A DNA stretch of 64,000 bases from Nostoc sp. (GCA_036918135.1 JBALDB010000008.1:1-64000), one strand, 5' to 3'; positions 50,184 through 61,610 are shown, counted from the first letter of the stretch. Numbers and translations are program-made. Notes: generated from the sequence alone by a model not told the origin.

Positions 50184-50624
50184 AAAGATTTTTCCTAGAA
50201 TCTGTCATGCATATCAAGAAAAAGATTTTCAATATTAACGTTATCCATTCTTTGATCTCTATAAAGAGAATAGTTCAATGATTTCAAGAATAAGCGCAAT
50301 TTCTAAAACTTCCTGACAGAATCCCAGTAGTGTTGATAGATTTGCACAGATTTGTTCTCTTTTATAGGCAAAAATATTATCTGGTAGATCATCTAAAAAC
50401 TTGAATAGACATTTTATTGGCTCTAAAGTTAGAAGCTCATGTTTACCATACCTGAGCATAATTAAATCTAGGCATCGTTAGCTACCCAATACCTGTTAAG
50501 TGTGGGGGTTGTCGATGGTGTGTACCCAATTATTAGCATAGTGGCACATAACAGAGCTTAATAACCCAAGAATCGCCCGCACACTATCTAAACATCACGC
50601 AATCGCTTATAGGACTTGCTCCTC

Positions 50625-51908
50625 CTACTTTCCACTCAGTACTCTATGCCCAATATCTCTCCGGTAATATATCCCCTCAAATTGAATATGTTTTATTCCT
50701 GCGTAAGCTTGGGCGAGCGCTTGCTGAAAATTTTCTCCAACTCCAGTGACATTTAATACTCGTCCCCCATCAGTAACTACTTGTTGTTGCTGGTTCAATT
50801 TCGTACCTGCATGAAATACAGTTGCTCCGGCTTTTTCTGCTTCTCTGATACCAGTAATTGCCTGGTTTTTCGTGTATTCTCCTGGATAACCACCGGATGC
50901 AGCGACAACTGTGGCAGCTGCTCCTGCTTTCCAAGCAATCGGCGGCAGTTCGCCTAAACGCTGCTCTACACAAGCTAAAAGTAACTCTTCTAGGGGTGTA
51001 TCTAACAGTGGCAAAATCACCTGGGTTTCAGGATCGCCAAAGCGGCAGTTAAATTCTAAAACTTTGAAGTTGCCATCGGGTGCAATCATTAACCCAGCAT
51101 ACAGTACACCACGGTAGTCGATGTTTTTGGATTTTAAGGCTGCGATCGCTTTTTCTAAAACTTCGCTTTGAATGCGTGCCATTAACTCTGGTGTAGCAAT
51201 GGGTGTGGGCGCGTAGGCTCCCATCCCACCAGTATTTTCGCCTGTATCGCCTTCACCAATCCGTTTATGGTCTTGCGCTGGTAATAAAGGTCTAATTGTT
51301 AAGCCATCCGTTAAAGCTAAAACTGATACCTCTTGCCCAATTAAACATTCTTCGATGACCACAAATTCACCAGCACTGCCAAATTGTCCTTGAAAAATCG
51401 CATCAATCGCACTCTGGGCTTGTTCAACTGTTTGAGCCACTGTTACACCCTTACCAGCCGCCAAGCCATCAGCTTTGACAACAATTGGCGCTCCCTGAGA
51501 TTTCACATAAGATTTTGCTGCTTTTGCCTCCGTAAATACCGCAGCCAGCGCCGTGGGAATCCCTGCTTCTTGCATCAGGGCTTTTGCCCAAGCTTTACTC
51601 GCCTCAATCTGCGCTCCGGCTCTGACTGGGCCAAATACCATCAGTCCTTTGTCTTGGAGATAGTCTGTGATTCCCTTGGCTAAGGGAACTTCTGGGCCGA
51701 CTATCACTAGAGTTATGCCATGTTCGAGAGCGTATCGGCTTATACCCTCAAAATCATCTACTGCCAGAGGTAAATTCTGGCAACGTTCCATACTTGCTGT
51801 GCCCCCGTTTCCTGGGACACAAACAATCTGCTCAATTTGCTCAGATTGTAGCAGTTTCCATGCCAGAGCGTGTTCGCGCCCCCCATTGCCTACAACTAAA
51901 ACTTTCAC
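50625..51908 (-). CDS. purD: Phosphoribosylamine-glycine ligase
   Basis: VKVLVVGNGGREHALAW, KADGLAAGKGV, NTGGMGAY and EFNCRFGDPE motifs. Confidence 0.98.
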   Translation of the reverse strand: MKVLVVGNGGREHALAWKLLQSEQIEQIVCVPGNGGTASMERCQNLPLAVDDFEGISRYALEHGITLVIVGPEVPLAKGITDYLQDKGLMVFGPVRAGAQIEASKAWAKALMQEAGIPTALAAVFTEAKAAKSYVKSQGAPIVVKADGLAAGKGVTVAQTVEQAQSAIDAIFQGQFGSAGEFVVIEECLIGQEVSVLALTDGLTIRPLLPAQDHKRIGEGDTGENTGGMGAYAPTPIATPELMARIQSEVLEKAIAALKSKNIDYRGVLYAGLMIAPDGNFKVLEFNCRFGDPETQVILPLLDTPLEELLLACVEQRLGELPPIAWKAGAAATVVAASGGYPGEYTKNQAITGIREAEKAGATVFHAGTKLNQQQQVVTDGGRVLNVTGVGENFQQALAQAYAGIKHIQFEGIYYRRDIGHRVLSGK

Positions 51909-52051
51909 TAATTTCCTCGTGCGTGCCTTGCCAAACGAAAATATCTTAGCGGCTCTCACGGATCAATTTTTCCATTAATTTTCGCACTTGTGCAAGTCCC
52001 CAGGCATTCAATGAGAAGATGGGGAGATGGGGAGCATGGGAAGAAAGAATA

Positions 52052-52084
52052 ACTAATGACTAATGACTAATGACTAATGACCAA
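52052..52084. repeat. Heptamer tandem repeat (ACTAATG)x4, STRR-type
   Basis: Directly visible tandem array. Confidence 0.85.
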
Positions 52085-52275
52085 GTTTATTAATAGTAAA
52101 AACTAAATAAATATACTGAAATATTTTATATATAACTATTTTTTAAGTAATTTTAATGATTTTCGATTGTTGAAATCATTAGTTAAAAAAATCCTGCTTA
52201 GGTAATGACGTTTATTGGTTACAAGTATTAACCTGTGAATGTAGAGATTAATTAAAATATCAAAAAATACGTAAC

Positions 52276-53226
52276 ATGAGTAAAATTATCGTCACTGGAG
52301 TTGCTGGTTTTATTGGTTCTCATTTAACAGAAACATTGCTGCTACAAGGAGAAGAAGTCATTGGAATTGATGAATTCAATGATTACTACAATCCGATGTT
52401 AAAGCATAAAAATATTGCCCACTTGAATGAATCGCCTGGCTTTACACTAATTGAAGCAGATATGCAGTTTTTAGATTGGCATCAACTTCTTAAAGATGTT
52501 GATGTAGTTTATCATCAAGCAGCACAAGCCGGTGTGAGAGCGAGTTGGGGTAAAGGTTTTGGAGCTTACACACAACGAAATATTAACGCTACACAAATCT
52601 TGCTAGAAGCAGCCAAAGATGCTAAAAATCTCAAAAGGTTAGTGTTTGCATCTTCGTCGAGTGTATATGGTGATGCAGAAACATTACCTACGCACGAGGG
52701 AATTTGTCCTCAACCAGTTTCTCCCTATGGTATTACAAAGCTAGCGGCTGAATTTTTGTGTGGGTTATATCACAAAAACTTTGGCGTGCCATCTGTGTCA
52801 TTGCGCTATTTCACAGTTTATGGGCCGAGACAGCGCCCAGATATGGCATTTCATAAGTTCTTTGAATCGATTTTGCAGGATGAGGCGATTCCGATTTACG
52901 GCGATGGACAGCAAACGCGAGAATTTACGTTTATTAGTGATATTATCGCCGCTAATTTAGCTGCAGCGATCGCACCCCAAGCAGTGGGAGAAATCTTTAA
53001 TATCGGCGGCGGTAGTCGGGTGGTTTTAGCAGAAGTTTTGAATCAAATTGAAGAAATTGTCGGCAAACCAATTAAAAGAAACTACATAGAACAGGCGATG
53101 GGAGACGCCCGTCATACTGCTGCTGATATATCTAAAGCCGAGAAAATTCTCGAATATCAACCGCAAGTCTCCCTGACAGAGGGTTTAACAAAGGAATGGC
53201 ACTGGATTAAATCGTTGTATTCGTAA
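52276..53226 (+). CDS. NAD-dependent nucleotide-sugar epimerase/dehydratase
   Basis: TGVAGFIG, AAQAGVR, ASSSSVYG, YGITK and YFTVYGPRQRPDMA motifs. Confidence 0.95.
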   Translation: MSKIIVTGVAGFIGSHLTETLLLQGEEVIGIDEFNDYYNPMLKHKNIAHLNESPGFTLIEADMQFLDWHQLLKDVDVVYHQAAQAGVRASWGKGFGAYTQRNINATQILLEAAKDAKNLKRLVFASSSSVYGDAETLPTHEGICPQPVSPYGITKLAAEFLCGLYHKNFGVPSVSLRYFTVYGPRQRPDMAFHKFFESILQDEAIPIYGDGQQTREFTFISDIIAANLAAAIAPQAVGEIFNIGGGSRVVLAEVLNQIEEIVGKPIKRNYIEQAMGDARHTAADISKAEKILEYQPQVSLTEGLTKEWHWIKSLYS

Positions 53227-53237
53227 TATTAAGCTAT

Positions 53238-53330
53238 AGGGTGTGGGGTGTAGGGGATATTCCTTTATCATCTATGGCGGTGAAACTTGTTTCATCGGGA
53301 CTGCCTTATGCCCCCTGCCTCCTGCTATAA
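53238..53330. repeat. Dispersed repeat family copy 2
   Basis: Same 29-bp core as 2034 and 62676, followed by CCCCTGCCTCCTGCTATA. Confidence 0.85.
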
Positions 53331-53417
53331 ATGGACAATAGCTAATTTGCTCAGGGTACGGCATCATCCCAAATTTTCGGTGCGTTGGGACTAACGTCGA
53401 TAGCGCACCCGACAAAA

Positions 53418-56400
53418 CTATTGCCACGAGCGCAATTCATCAATGGTATTACGAATTAACGAAGTTATTTGAGCGCGACGGGTTTCAAAGTTGGCGGCAA
53501 TATAAATTAGTAGAATACCAACTAGCAAGCCAACAACCCATTTTAAAAAAGAATACTGCAAGCTGAAAATTACCAATTGATAGATACTAGTAATCAGAAA
53601 AGTAGCTGTACCAATGTAGAGAAAAGCCCGCACTCGCAAAGCTAATCCAGCAAAAATGGCGATTAGGCTAAAAATACCTGGTATCCAGGGCGTGTTTTGC
53701 TCGAATAAAATTGCCCAGCCACAAATTAAACCGCTACCTAGCAAGCGGAGGCTATGACGAACTGTTTTAGATTCTGGTAGTCTGAGTTGGGGATCTACTT
53801 GAGCAATATAAAGTAGTGATAACCCAATTGGTGTTACATACCACAATGCATCGCGCAGATTTAAAGTATCAAACCAACGGTACAACGCCCAATCAATCAG
53901 CACTACACTAATATATGTAAAACGGATGTTTTCACCCACAATGCCCAAGAAAATATAATATCCAGCAGCAAGTACCAAAGCGATTGGGTAAATTTGCAGT
54001 CTAGTTTCCCACAAAATCAACAGTGGTAGAACGTATGCAGCTTGTTGCCAAGGTCTTTTAGACCAACCCCAACTTTCCCAAGGTAAGATGTAGAGGAAAT
54101 AGGCGACTACACAGGCGATCGCACCATCCCAAGGAAGTAATTGTGTAGTAAATAAACGTCCTATTGGCGTATCTTGCAAGTAAATACTGATGACAACTGC
54201 CTCTAATAAACCCAGATAAACCCAAATTTCATCTATTGTCATACCCCTTGCTGTTGCCAAGGGCGGTTGGGGCGATTGCTTTCCCTGGAAAATTGCATAG
54301 CGAATCAAAAATACCCCAGTTCCCAATCCCACCAAACGATTAACTCCAATGGGAACAGTAATGGCAGCCATTAAAATGCAGCTACTCCAAGCCCAGTGAA
54401 TATCGGCTATTCCTTTGAGTTCTTGGGGAGTTAAGCGTAAGTAGCCCACAAGCCAAGGTGAGAGGATGCGATAGGCATACATAATACTAGCGCCAAGGGC
54501 AGACATGGCAATCAATCCATCACCTAATTTTCCTCCTGAAGCTTGTAATATTTGATAAAACAAAAGTTCGTAGGCAGAAATTGATATGCCAATAATTCCT
54601 AAGTACAGCAGGAGTTTAAAGTCTTCCCGGCGTCGCCCTACCCTAATAATTATTAAAGCTACACCTAAGGAACACAAACCCGTCCACTCAGTGAAGGTAT
54701 CTAAACGCAGTAATACACTGAATACACCATAAATTAATGGTAGAATGTGAAAGCTGCTAGGCAGGCTTTGTAATTGATGTCGTCGTCGCCACCACTCTCC
54801 TACAAGCCCAGTTAGTAAACCCAAGGCGATGTTTGCGATCGCCATCCTCATAATCGATCGCTCCCCAAACCCCAATACCTGGGCTGTCAACAATTCTAAA
54901 CACCAACCAATACCATAAAATGCCCAATTTGTTGGTTGTCGCCAACTGCGATAGACAATGCCTGCCAAAATAATACCAGTAGCAATTAAGTACAAAAATC
55001 CGGAACTAGTTACCCCTTGGTAAATCAGCACTGAGTGCAGCGTCAAATCAAACAACTCATAACCACACAAAGCGATCGCCCATTTATCGCTAGCGGTTGC
55101 GTAAATAAGTGCTAATTGGTTACCGCGTCGCTTGAGTGCTGTACGGATTAACCATAAACTTAAACTGGCGATCGCTCCGACAACATACCAACCAGCCACC
55201 ACCAGACGAGGGAAACCAGGCACACCCGTCCACAGCAGCACTCCAATAAAACTTAAAATAAATCCTTCCGCGATTAGCGCGACTTGGTTTCGCAAATAGT
55301 GCGTATTTACCAACATTACTCCTGCACCCACCCCCAAACCGATTAATCTGGTTTCTGGGAGCTGTAAAGTCAGAAACTGGGCAATTCCCACAGCCAAGAC
55401 ACTCAAGTAACGGGCAATAGTTCGATTCTCTATAGTTGTGGCATTAGCAACACCTGCCAAAGCTATAGGCGTAACTAGCCAAATGACTCCCCAATTAGCC
55501 CTGCTATCAGCTATACCATACCAAGATGATGCTGCATTTATCCACAACAGCAAAAAACTAACACCGGCTAATCCTAAACCCATGTCCCATGCACTACGTT
55601 GCCATAGTCCATGCCCCAGGCTAAATCTCCATTCTGCAACCATCAAAGCTAATAAAATGCTTGCCCATACTTGTCTACTCAGTTCTGGTGCAAACCAATG
55701 GACAATAGAGCAAAACGTCAGCACGCCGATGATATGAGTTAGGTATACCAGGCGAGGGGATAAAGGAGAGCGGCGTTTGCTGACAACCGCAAGGGTAGCG
55801 GTGGAAAATAGCAGATTTAGCGATCGCAAAGTCGGATTAACTACAGCAATTGTGGTGAGAAATGTTCCTAATAATAAAGTCAGTAGTTCGCCAAACTTAG
55901 CCAATTCTCGCTTTTGGGCGCGATATAAATTATCTGTCAGCGCCACCATCAAAATTACGTAGGGAAATAAAACTACACCCAGCAACGCCCAAGGTTCATT
56001 TTCAGCATTTGTCAGCTGAGTGGCAGTAGCAAGCGCCAATTGCTGTAAGCTATTGGGTACTAACCGCCAAAATAGCCAAATTGCCTGTAAACCAATCAGG
56101 AAAACTGCCGCTAAGTCAAATTTTAAACTGTAGCGTTGCAAGCGATTTCCTACAAACCACAAACCCAAACCACTCACAGCTATAGCTTGCCAGGGATAAT
56201 TAACTACTGAAACCAGCCAACCCAGCAAGAGTAAAATCGCACCGAGTCTTTCCCAGAGTGAGGGGGATGAAGGAGATATTACTGTTACTTCCTCGTCTCC
56301 CCCTACCCTCTGCTGACTGTGCTGCGCTAACCAAGTCACCAACCAGCCGCAAATACCAATAGCTAAGCCTAGTTGCCCTGCATCTACCCTAACTATAAAA

Positions 56401-57320
56401 ATCGCCCGCATTAGCAGGACTATTAAAGCGTAAATGATTACTGTAGCGCGTAAACTAATATTTAAACTACGGCGATCGCTGGCATTTTCCAGATGTGGAT
56501 AAGGATTATCAAAAACAGTAATTATAGTTGTGGCTATCATCGCCAAATAAACAGCAATTAAGGGGAATCCCTTTAATTGCCAACCCCAATGCAGATAACT
56601 CAACCCCAAAATATTTAGTACAGGTAACTTTGAAGTATTTAAATTGTGAAAAATAGTCCGATTTTTGCTGATTAAAATAGTAATAGCAGTCAGGGTAGGG
56701 CAGGCGATCGCAACTACAATCCAATTTAGAGGATTTTGCCATAACCGAAAGCTATCCATCGCCCAAAAGTTGACTGGTACTAATAAAAGAGTGACAATTA
56801 GTAATGTCTGAGCTGTCAATCTTAGGTTATTTTGTCTACTCGCCCAAAAGCTTAACCCCCAGAAACTCAAAGTATAAGCAAATAAAACTCCATACTGCAA
56901 AGAAGCAGGAAATTTCTCCCACTGACTGGCAGCCAGCACCCCAGAGGACACCACTACCAAGAATACCCCTAGAAAAAGCAGCCACCGGACACTCAATTCT
57001 GCCCCTAAGGACTGTAACATTGTACCGATAAAGTTGGGCCGAGCTGCTTTTTCTGACGGTTGTCTAAGGCTACTAGCTTGTAAAGCTGCTATAGGCAACT
57101 GTTTCACCGAGTCTGAAGTTATAAATATTACCTTTGGTTCAACTTTAGCCTGGGGTTGTAACACTACCGTACAAACCAGAAATTCTCGGCATAGCTGCCT
57201 GACTTGGGAATCAGATATCAAACCTAACCGCAGCCATATCTCAAGTCCTTCTAATAACTGAGGATGGGAATCTGGGAGTCTGATTTCGATTTTTAGCAGG
57301 CGCTCAAGAGGCGATGACAT
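53418..57320 (-). CDS. Large polytopic membrane protein (DUF2157-like)
   Basis: LLEGLEIWLRLGLIS...ELSVRWLLFLG; very many hydrophobic helices; C-terminal AANFETRR. Confidence 0.85.
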   Translation of the reverse strand: MSSPLERLLKIEIRLPDSHPQLLEGLEIWLRLGLISDSQVRQLCREFLVCTVVLQPQAKVEPKVIFITSDSVKQLPIAALQASSLRQPSEKAARPNFIGTMLQSLGAELSVRWLLFLGVFLVVVSSGVLAASQWEKFPASLQYGVLFAYTLSFWGLSFWASRQNNLRLTAQTLLIVTLLLVPVNFWAMDSFRLWQNPLNWIVVAIACPTLTAITILISKNRTIFHNLNTSKLPVLNILGLSYLHWGWQLKGFPLIAVYLAMIATTIITVFDNPYPHLENASDRRSLNISLRATVIIYALIVLLMRAIFIVRVDAGQLGLAIGICGWLVTWLAQHSQQRVGGDEEVTVISPSSPSLWERLGAILLLLGWLVSVVNYPWQAIAVSGLGLWFVGNRLQRYSLKFDLAAVFLIGLQAIWLFWRLVPNSLQQLALATATQLTNAENEPWALLGVVLFPYVILMVALTDNLYRAQKRELAKFGELLTLLLGTFLTTIAVVNPTLRSLNLLFSTATLAVVSKRRSPLSPRLVYLTHIIGVLTFCSIVHWFAPELSRQVWASILLALMVAEWRFSLGHGLWQRSAWDMGLGLAGVSFLLLWINAASSWYGIADSRANWGVIWLVTPIALAGVANATTIENRTIARYLSVLAVGIAQFLTLQLPETRLIGLGVGAGVMLVNTHYLRNQVALIAEGFILSFIGVLLWTGVPGFPRLVVAGWYVVGAIASLSLWLIRTALKRRGNQLALIYATASDKWAIALCGYELFDLTLHSVLIYQGVTSSGFLYLIATGIILAGIVYRSWRQPTNWAFYGIGWCLELLTAQVLGFGERSIMRMAIANIALGLLTGLVGEWWRRRHQLQSLPSSFHILPLIYGVFSVLLRLDTFTEWTGLCSLGVALIIIRVGRRREDFKLLLYLGIIGISISAYELLFYQILQASGGKLGDGLIAMSALGASIMYAYRILSPWLVGYLRLTPQELKGIADIHWAWSSCILMAAITVPIGVNRLVGLGTGVFLIRYAIFQGKQSPQPPLATARGMTIDEIWVYLGLLEAVVISIYLQDTPIGRLFTTQLLPWDGAIACVVAYFLYILPWESWGWSKRPWQQAAYVLPLLILWETRLQIYPIALVLAAGYYIFLGIVGENIRFTYISVVLIDWALYRWFDTLNLRDALWYVTPIGLSLLYIAQVDPQLRLPESKTVRHSLRLLGSGLICGWAILFEQNTPWIPGIFSLIAIFAGLALRVRAFLYIGTATFLITSIYQLVIFSLQYSFLKWVVGLLVGILLIYIAANFETRRAQITSLIRNTIDELRSWQ

Positions 57321-57529
57321 AAGCCGCAACAATACAGGTATATACTTAAATCATGGATTAATTAAAGTATATTTCTGTTCTAAATTTGCCACTTATGAAA
57401 CTAATTAATATTAATTTTTAATCTCAATACTTCGCCATTTTTTTGTAGATTGGGTTGAGCGTACCCCTGCGGTATCTTGCTATCTACCTCAACCTAACCT
57501 CCAAATCTATTATCGTGCAAGAACATTAT

Positions 57530-57715
57530 CCTGGATTTCTCACAAGTGAGAAATCCAAGGAGTGTGGGAGGTATGGGAGGAAAAGGAAGTATGGAACCAG
57601 AGGAAAGAAAAGCAGGTATGGGAGGATGGGGAAGATGGGGAAGAAATCTTTCCCCCCACACTTCCCCATCCTCCCACACTCCTTACACTCTCCATACTCT
57701 TGTGAGAAATCCAGG
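57530..57715. mobile_element. 186-bp fold-back MITE-like element
   Basis: Perfect 17-bp TIRs CCTGGATTTCTCACAAG / CTTGTGAGAAATCCAGG with purine-rich and pyrimidine-rich arms. Confidence 0.8.
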
Positions 57716-57801
57716 TTATGGGTGGCTTGATTGTGTGTGGGAGTACGGAAAGCCACCTTGTGTGCGTTTATCTTCCTTAAAGGCCACTAGCTGATGAGTG
57801 A

Positions 57802-59388
57802 TTAATTGGATTTTGTGATTTTCCAGAGTAACTTGTCTACCTGCTGTAACTTTGAGTTATAAATTTTCTCAATTCCGGCTTTCAAGAACTCAGTAGGCTG
57901 GAACAAGAATATATCACTAAACCCATTGGCAACCTTTGGTAATTTATTTGGAGCAACAAGTTGAATTTGTACTTTTGGCAGGATTAAGTGACCAAGTACT
58001 TGTATTTCTGGAACCATGCTATCAGTATCACTAATTAATAGTGGTTTGTCAGCTCCAGAAACTATCTTAGCAATTTCTGGATATTGTCCGAACCTTTCTG
58101 GATATTTGTTCCACCACATCTGAGATTGAGAACTGAGTAAACAAGATATTACTCCACTGAAGATTACTAACAAAGTTACAACTGACCAGAATTTTTTTTG
58201 TAAAATTTTAGGAGAGTTATACCTAATTTTTGTGGCTAAGAAATAAGCAACAGCTAACTGTGTACCTAAAATACACGGAAGTGTATATCTACTAGTACCG
58301 TATCGCTTTTCAAAGACGAAATCTAGGATTATTAAGGGAAGCCCTACAGACCCAATCAATGTTAAAACAAATAACCAAACTTTCTGAGGACTTTTTTTGC
58401 ATAGAACATAAATTGAGTAAATTATTAAAGTTAAAATTATTGCAATCAAAGGAATTAAAGCATATTTAAGTTTATCAGAATCGCTAGGACTAACGCCTAA
58501 ATCAAGAAAGCCACGACTAATAAGCCCAGCCCACCTAGTAGCTGAACTAAAGAAACTTTGTTTAGCATTCGCCCAATATACTGCATCTGAGTGAGGATAT
58601 TTAATAATAATTAATATCCACGGAACGAAAGTCATAAATGCTACAAACGATGAAAGCAGATAAGAAATCGATGTTTTATTCAATCGGAAGCGTTCAAGTG
58701 TAAGTACATAAATTCCCTGTCCGAGAGCAATGAAACAAAAAAATATATGAGTATAAAATCCTACTATTAATGTTGCTGCATAAATGTACCAACTAACCTT
58801 TGTTTTTAAGCGCATTGCTCGCAGTAGTGCTGCACTCGATATTAAAGTAATTACTATCCATAAAGTGTATGCTCGCGCTTCCTGTGCATATATTACGTGA
58901 ACAGGTGAAACGGCTACTAATGCCATTGCCATCCATCCTGTTAGTGAAGACTCAAATAATTCTTTACATAGCCAATAAATACAAGGAAAGGTCAACAAAC
59001 TAATAAACGCCGAAAAACTTCTCGTTACAGCTACAGAGTTACCAAACCACTTCACCCAAAGCCGATTCATTAAGATATGTAACGGCAAAATCTGTGAGTC
59101 TTCTATAACTATGCCGTTAATTACATCAGTTGTAGTTTTTTCATTATTAGGATATTGATATTTATTCAATTCCTCTTTATTTATTAAATGACCATCACCT
59201 AGATTTTTAGCCATTTCTGACTCCATATATCCAGATATGCGTAATGATGTTAAGACTTCATCACTCCAATAAATTTTTTTGTCGATATTGACGAAGCGAA
59301 AAAAGACGCCTATTACTATTAATATGACGATTGACAAGCGTAACCAATCTCGATAACTCAGCCAATTTTGTGACAATGCCTTTTTCAT
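57802..59388 (-). CDS. GT-C fold glycosyltransferase (GT39/PMT-like)
   Basis: YWSDEVLTSLRISG, RSFSA and YAQEARAY motifs; multiple TM helices. Confidence 0.88.
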   Translation of the reverse strand: MKKALSQNWLSYRDWLRLSIVILIVIGVFFRFVNIDKKIYWSDEVLTSLRISGYMESEMAKNLGDGHLINKEELNKYQYPNNEKTTTDVINGIVIEDSQILPLHILMNRLWVKWFGNSVAVTRSFSAFISLLTFPCIYWLCKELFESSLTGWMAMALVAVSPVHVIYAQEARAYTLWIVITLISSAALLRAMRLKTKVSWYIYAATLIVGFYTHIFFCFIALGQGIYVLTLERFRLNKTSISYLLSSFVAFMTFVPWILIIIKYPHSDAVYWANAKQSFFSSATRWAGLISRGFLDLGVSPSDSDKLKYALIPLIAIILTLIIYSIYVLCKKSPQKVWLFVLTLIGSVGLPLIILDFVFEKRYGTSRYTLPCILGTQLAVAYFLATKIRYNSPKILQKKFWSVVTLLVIFSGVISCLLSSQSQMWWNKYPERFGQYPEIAKIVSGADKPLLISDTDSMVPEIQVLGHLILPKVQIQLVAPNKLPKVANGFSDIFLFQPTEFLKAGIEKIYNSKLQQVDKLLWKITKSN

Positions 59389-59939
59389 GCAGTTTTCAAT
59401 CCTGTTAAAGCTTTAGTCAAAAGGGTTATATTCAATTACATATAAATTTTGAGCAACATCCTTGTATGTTCTCACAAAGATTTTGAAGCATTTTGCTGCT
59501 TTTGCCAATATACTTGCACTCTAAATATAATTCTTTCGTCCTATCATATAATACTTACTAATTTAAATATGAAATACTTTTCTTAAAAATAAAAAGATTT
59601 TATAAAGTTTTTATAAATAAAATATAAATACGTACCGCACAACCCGAAAAAAAAAGATACCTTAAGGTTTGTGGAAACTCCAACTACATGGATTTGTTAA
59701 GGGTTTGGGTTGATGTTGAGATGTTGACATTAAATAGTACTTAACTGTTGCACGTGTGATGCGTATGAGTATCCTATTTGATAGTCATCTGATAGTATTT
59801 ATTTATATAGCAACCTATTGCATCCACATCAAAATACCAAGTGTTTGCATTAGTTCTATTGTCTTTGTCCTCTTAGCTAACCATATCTGCCAACAGCCCT
59901 CTGTTCCATCAGAGGGCTTTCATTTGGCTTCAACTGACG

Positions 59940-61610
59940 CTATTGCCAAACAAATATTTTAGCTGTATAGCTTGGTAAATTAGTCACTAGACTATCATCT
60001 TGAGCTTCTACTTCACAGTTACCAAACCAATCTCGCCAATATTCAGCAGTTGGAAAATCAGGAATTTCATATCTAGTTAAATTCAGGGTAGAAAAATTTA
60101 CTACGACGACGACATGAGAATCTTGTTTATCCCAGCGGCTATAAGCCAAAACTTTATCTTTCGCATTTTCATAGAAAAATTTTATACTGTCACTTTGCAA
60201 AGCTAAATTTTGCTTGCGTAGAGCAATCAGTTTTCGATAATACTCAAATAAATTATGATTTTGGCTATTTGCTAATAAAGACCAAGTAATTTTCCGTGGT
60301 TCAGTCACATTTTCACTTTTTTGCTGGTATTCGCCAAACTCTTCTCCCATCCACAGCATTGGTATACCCATCGCTGTCATTAAGAGGACTGCTGCTAACT
60401 TTGCTCGTTTAAATGCCTCTGCATCAAAGATACCAGCATCACCTAATTCTCGCAATACACGTTGGCGATCGTGTGTTGTCAAATAATTTATTACATTAGT
60501 AGCAGTTGCATAACCCTGCTTTTTAGGGTCTAAAATCTGCTTCAATTGTTCTAACTCAAATGATTTCCCACAAATAGATGGAATTATAAAGTAGCGAAAA
60601 CTTTCGTGCCAACAACCATCTAATGGCCCATCTGGTCTAACTACAGTGTTTGTATCGGGAATGTGTTCGGCAATATTATAAAACTGCTTGACTGCGCCGT
60701 GTTTTTTTGTTTGCTCAGCCAGCCACTCAAGAAATTCAAAATTGGCTAATTGACGCACTGCATCAAAGCGAATTCCATCAATGTGATATTCTTGAATCCA
60801 AAATCGCACTACATCACCGATGTATTTCCATGCAGGCTTAATATTTAATTTTTCATCGTAATTATCATAGTTCAACTCTGGTCCCCAATAATTATCTGGG
60901 TCTTCCGGATAATGCATGTGTTCGTAGTACCAATAATTCCGGTCAATTAGTATTAACGGACATTCTTCATCTGTGTGATTATAAATTCCATCTAGAAAAA
61001 CGCGAATACCTCTATTATGACACTCATCTATTAATCGCTTTAAATCTTCTGTGGAACCATAACTAGATTCTGTAGCAAAGAAGTGACGTACTTTATAACC
61101 CCAGTTATAGTTACCTGGGTACTCATTGACTGGCATCAGTTCGATTGCATTAATTCCTAATTCACACAAATAATCTAACTTGGCAATTACCCCTAAATAT
61201 TTGCCTTGTTTATCAGGGTCAACCCCATCACCAGTGAAATCAGCAACGTGCATTTCATATAAGATTAATTCACGATTATCAGGCAACGGCATTTCGTCAT
61301 GTCGCCAAATATAAGTATCAACAATACGTTGTCCATCTTTAATCCGCACTAAAGCGTACTTTTCTGTTTCATTAACATCTGTTGCTTTAGGGTCAATAAC
61401 ATCTACCCATTCATCAGGTGCAAAATTGGGACTTTTAGTTTGAACGCGAAATTTATATTGATAAATGCCGTCTTTTAGTTGTATTTGAGTGCGAAAATAA
61501 CCATCTTCACCTTTTTGCATTGGTATTTCCTGCCAATCAGAAAATGACCCAATTAAAACTGCTCCTTGGTTACGAGGAGCAAATAAGGTAAATTCAATTA
61601 AACTTTCCAT
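59940..61610 (-). CDS. GH13 alpha-amylase-family enzyme with N-terminal glycogen-binding (CBM48-like) domain
   Basis: YEMHV, ELMPV, DGIRFDAV, AEH and THD catalytic regions. Confidence 0.92.
   Translation of the reverse strand: MESLIEFTLFAPRNQGAVLIGSFSDWQEIPMQKGEDGYFRTQIQLKDGIYQYKFRVQTKSPNFAPDEWVDVIDPKATDVNETEKYALVRIKDGQRIVDTYIWRHDEMPLPDNRELILYEMHVADFTGDGVDPDKQGKYLGVIAKLDYLCELGINAIELMPVNEYPGNYNWGYKVRHFFATESSYGSTEDLKRLIDECHNRGIRVFLDGIYNHTDEECPLILIDRNYWYYEHMHYPEDPDNYWGPELNYDNYDEKLNIKPAWKYIGDVVRFWIQEYHIDGIRFDAVRQLANFEFLEWLAEQTKKHGAVKQFYNIAEHIPDTNTVVRPDGPLDGCWHESFRYFIIPSICGKSFELEQLKQILDPKKQGYATATNVINYLTTHDRQRVLRELGDAGIFDAEAFKRAKLAAVLLMTAMGIPMLWMGEEFGEYQQKSENVTEPRKITWSLLANSQNHNLFEYYRKLIALRKQNLALQSDSIKFFYENAKDKVLAYSRWDKQDSHVVVVVNFSTLNLTRYEIPDFPTAEYWRDWFGNCEVEAQDDSLVTNLPSYTAKIFVWQ

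Noticed and set aside
50259..50459. 66-aa ORF upstream of the HerA-like remnant as its partner nuclease
   Set aside because: No recognisable motif; may be debris, so not called
57455..57794. Four overlapping short ORFs
   Set aside because: Low-complexity translations of the fold-back repeat
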